Assembly (NCBI RefSeq): GCF_964204645.1
Contig: NC_134027.1
Location: 21,538,560 to 21,602,559, forward strand
DNA: 64,000 bases
Direction of reading: 5' to 3'
Source of the DNA: Tubulanus polymorphus
Taxonomy: Eukaryota; Animalia; Nemertea
Positions 60,601-64,000 of this stretch are shown here, piece by piece. The position numbers and the translations under genes were made by a program. Numbering within the stretch: position 1 is the first letter of the stretch; each line of letters begins with the position of its first letter. The notes under the pieces were generated by a model. That model saw only the letters and a program-made list of their open reading frames with translations. It did not search any database and was not told the origin of the DNA.

Positions 60601-62757
60601 AGAATATCCTGAAAATATAAAGTTTAAAACAAGAAACTTACCTTATTGCCCAGAACATTTAACTGTAGATGATAGTTATTTAAGTGAATACCAGAAGAAA
60701 ATAAAACCGAAAGATCATGTTTTTACAGAAAAATTAATACTTACTCAAAATAATAAATACAATTATACTGTTCATTATAGAATGTTAAAATTTTATCTAA
60801 AACAAGGAATGAAATTAAAGAAAGTACATAGATATATTGAATTTAATCAATCGAAGTGGTTAGAAAAATATATAGATTTCAATACTCAACAGAGAACCAT
60901 ATCAAAAACAGATTTTGAAAAAGATTTCTTTAAATTAATGAACAATAGTTTTTATGGTAAAACATGTGAAAATATTAGAAATAGAAATGATATTGAATTA
61001 GTAAATAATTCTGAAAGATTAAGACATTTACAATCAAGTCCTAGACATTTAGGAAATAAAAGATTTGAAGATTATTTAACAGCAGTTAAATTAAAAAGAA
61101 CATCAATGAAATTTAATAAACCTATATTTATTGGTTCGACTGTTTTAGAAGTATCAAAATTATTAATGTATGATTTTCATTATAATGTTTTACAACCACT
61201 TTTTGGAGAAAAACATATAGAAATATTATATTTTGATTCTGTAACAGCTGACACCCCAATATTATTAAAATGTAATGATAAAATATTGATAAGAAGAATT
61301 TCAGAAATAATTCCAAAACAAAATGAATGTTATATTTCATATGGTGAAAAAGAACTAATACAAATAAATGGTTTAATAGATGTTTGGACAAGAAATGGAT
61401 GGAAAAAATTAAAGAATATTATTAGACATAAAACAAATAAGAAAATCTATAGAGTTAGAACTAAATTAGGATTTGTAGATGTTACTGAAGATCATAGTTT
61501 AATTAAACAAAATGGTGATGAAATAAAACCAACTGATATAAAAATTGGAGATGAATTATTACATAAAAGATTTTACCCAAGAATGAATCATATGTCATTT
61601 GATGAAATAATTGATAATATTTATAATATAGAACCTGAAACATTGGAAGAAAAAGAATATTTTATCAAAGGATTTTTCATGGGTGATGGTTCAGCAGGTG
61701 TGTATAAATATGTTAATCGCACTCAATATCGTTGGTATTTATGCAATCAAGATTTGAAATTATTAGAAAGAATAAAGAAATTTTGCGAAGAAGTTTATTC
61801 ACATAAAACATTTAGAATCATGGACCATATGAAATCATCCGCGGTTTATAGAATATTTGTAAATAATCCTAAAGATTTTGCTATAAAATATAATGATGAA
61901 TTCTATATTCATGCAATAGTGAAAAGTAATACTTCAACAAAAGAAAAGATAGTTCCAGATTATGTATTAAATGCAAAAAATAATTTAAGAAAATGGTTCT
62001 TCATTGGATTCTATGCTGCAGATGGTTCAAAAAGTTTCAAAAACCGCAAAACAATATCTTTAGCTCAAAAAGGAAAAGTTGCTATATCAGGATTGAATAT
62101 ATTATGCTGTTCATTAGGTTTTAATATGAATATTGGATTGATTAAATCTAAACCAAATTGTTTTAATTTAAGCCATGTAGAAAATGAGTTAACAGAAGAA
62201 GTTAAAGATTTATTTGAAATATATAACCCAACTGACTATGTTTATGATTTATCAACAGATGATGGAACATTCAATTCTGGGTTCCCATTAATCCAAAAAA
62301 ATACTGACAGTTACATACTAAAAATCAAGACAAATGATATAACAAAAGACTTAAAAACATTAAAACATCATTTTGATTTTAGCAATTATCCCAAAGATCA
62401 TGAACTATTTAGCAATGATAATAAAAAGATTCCTGGTAAATTTAAAGATGAATTAGGAGGTGATGAAATGATTGAATTTGTTGGGATAAGAAGTAAAATG
62501 TATAGTTACAGAACAAAAGATCATGAAGCTAAAAAGTTAAAAGGAATAACAAAACATGTGGTTGATAAACATATAGAATTTCAAGATTATATAAAGTGTT
62601 TATATAAATCAATTGTAATGAAACACAAAATGAATTGTTTAAGATCAGAAAATCATGAAATGTACATTAATGAAGTTGAAAAAACTAGTTTAAATCCATT
62701 TGATGATAAAAGGCATATTTTAGATGATGGTATAAAAACATTACCTATGGTTATTAA
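57699..62757 (+). CDS. polB: Protein-primed family B DNA polymerase (Zn fingers, putative OTU-like protease motif, endonuclease VII-like insert, 3'-5' exonuclease, polymerase) with intein; split by 1-nt deletions at ~59461 and ~62745
   Basis: ExoI VIYGDFES, ExoII FHNLSGYD, ExoIII YLKSDV; motif A YIDANNLYG, motif B KLMNNSFYGK, motif C YFD|TDS; GKFKDE, KMY, KLKGI and DDKR..DGIKTLP(YGY*). Confidence 0.92.
61238..62302 (+). mobile_element. Full-length intein (355 aa) with LAGLIDADG homing endonuclease in PolB motif C
   Basis: Starts S(VTADTPILL); block B VTEDHSL; LAGLIDADG-type FIKGFFMGDGS and FFIGFYAADGS; block F YVYDLST; ends QKN followed by +1 Thr. Excision restores YFDTDS. Confidence 0.95.
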
Positions 62758-63998
62758 AATGGATCTATATCATCAAACTCGAAATCACTATTGGCTTCTT
62801 CATTTTCATTTAATTGTTCAGGTTCTTCTTCCATTCCATTTTTCTCATTTAAATAAAGTTCTATCTTGTTCCACATTTCATCTCGCTCTCTTTGTTTCTT
62901 TTTGTTTGTTAATTCATCAAATGGAATTATAATATCTAGGTTTAAATAATTTACAATCTTATTTAAAAAGAATTCATAATTTATTGAATCTGTTATTCTA
63001 TTTTCCAAATGATACATTAATATTTGTTTAAATATTTTTTTTATATTTTCCATATCTTCTTCTGTTAATTTAGGTTTTTCATAATAATCGTTAAATAATA
63101 AATATAAATACATTTTCTTTTGTTTTGTGTTAAATGTTGGTGGAATAATTGTTTTTATAATATCTTTTTTAGTTATTTCGCCATTTTTATTTTCTATTAT
63201 TTTCATTTTTTCAAGCCATTGCATATATTCTGGTGTATGATCTTCTATAGAAAATATTTTAAAAATTTCATCAAGATAATTTAATTTTGGATCTATAAGA
63301 AAATTTCTAGTTTTTTCTTCATCCCATAAATTCTTTTGCCATCCACAATCAACACAAAATAACACAGTACCTTCTTGCCTTAAGGTCGCATAACTACATT
63401 GTGGGCATTTTTGTTTATAATTTATTGGTAATAGATTTTCATTAAGCTCTTGGTATTTTCTTACGTTTTCTTTATGTTTTATTGTTCTATTATGTAGATT
63501 TGAATTACTTGTTGTAATAATCAATTTACAATATTTACAATAATATGTTTTTCTTGTTAATTCATTATATTGTTTTTCTAACTTTTCAACTGTTTCTTCA
63601 TTATCTGGTAATGTTTTCTCATATTTTATTTTTTCTAATAAATTATTTTTTCTTTCATTGAATTCAGTTTCAAATTTATTAGAAATTTTATCTATATGTG
63701 CTTTACGAAATTGATGATTCTCCCAATCTTCTATATTTTCAGGGCTATATTTTACTTGACAAGGCTCACAGAAATGATCTTTTATATTATCCTTATCATA
63801 GAATAAGAAAGGTCTTTTCCAAATAACTTCAGGTTCAACTTCGGCAGAATTACTATCAACATTAGCCGTTGCGCCATTAATTCTACACTTCTCTGAATGT
63901 TTTTTAACATAATTTCTTGAGAATAATTTATTACATTTTGGACAGTTTATTTTAGGGGGTTTATAATTTTCATCATGTTTTTTCATATGTCGAGCCAT
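62754..63998 (-). CDS. Element-encoded multi-zinc-finger protein (5' end beyond the window)
   Basis: At least 414 aa open; CPKC..H..C, CEPC..H.....H, YYCKYC..H.....H and CPQC..CVDC; acidic C-tail; convergent with polB. Confidence 0.75.
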   Translation of the reverse strand: MARHMKKHDENYKPPKINCPKCNKLFSRNYVKKHSEKCRINGATANVDSNSAEVEPEVIWKRPFLFYDKDNIKDHFCEPCQVKYSPENIEDWENHQFRKAHIDKISNKFETEFNERKNNLLEKIKYEKTLPDNEETVEKLEKQYNELTRKTYYCKYCKLIITTSNSNLHNRTIKHKENVRKYQELNENLLPINYKQKCPQCSYATLRQEGTVLFCVDCGWQKNLWDEEKTRNFLIDPKLNYLDEIFKIFSIEDHTPEYMQWLEKMKIIENKNGEITKKDIIKTIIPPTFNTKQKKMYLYLLFNDYYEKPKLTEEDMENIKKIFKQILMYHLENRITDSINYEFFLNKIVNYLNLDIIIPFDELTNKKKQRERDEMWNKIELYLNEKNGMEEEPEQLNENEEANSDFEFDDIDPF

Positions 63999-64000
63999 AT

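Larger units (their letters stand above)
57364..64000. mobile_element. Polinton/Maverick-type (adintovirus-like) endogenous element; left part only, left boundary tentative
   Basis: Abrupt switch to very AT-rich, intronless, densely packed ORFs; protein-primed PolB; AGTAAT-AGTAAT at 57364 as a candidate terminus. Integrase, capsid and ATPase genes are not in the window. Confidence 0.8.

Noticed and set aside
61238-62302. Hedgehog-type Hint domain or group I intron instead of an intein
   Set aside because: It is an in-frame insertion with LAGLIDADG motifs, terminal Asn and +1 Thr that splits the catalytic DTD motif, which defines a canonical intein.
62758-62932. Hydrophobic C-terminal extension of the 1143-aa ORF as a membrane anchor
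   Set aside because: Run-on after a 1-nt deletion in the conserved TLPYG end; it is the antisense of the convergent ORF's charged tail.

Overview
Invertebrate metazoan genomic DNA with spliceosomal genes and many small transposon-derived repeats. From left to right the host genes are: a decayed CUB/C-type-lectin gene, RNF32 (-), THUMPD1 (+), an uncharacterised 4-exon proline-rich gene (-) head-to-head with MRPL46 (+), nischarin (+) and a CYP20-like P450 (-) with a 1-nt frameshift. Mobile DNA includes many MITEs, Helentron/DINE-1-like elements, a decayed Penelope-like retroelement with a minimal hammerhead ribozyme, and a non-LTR fragment. The last ~6.5 kb is an AT-rich, intronless Polinton/Maverick-type (adintovirus-like) element that runs off the window. 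Its protein-primed PolB carries a 355-aa LAGLIDADG intein with an open reading frame, inserted in catalytic motif C (YFD|TDS). As far as I recall the sequence, this intein closely resembles the Mimivirus PolB intein. A full-length homing intein embedded in an animal genome is the standout observation. No searches were run; family calls rest on motif recognition and manual translation.
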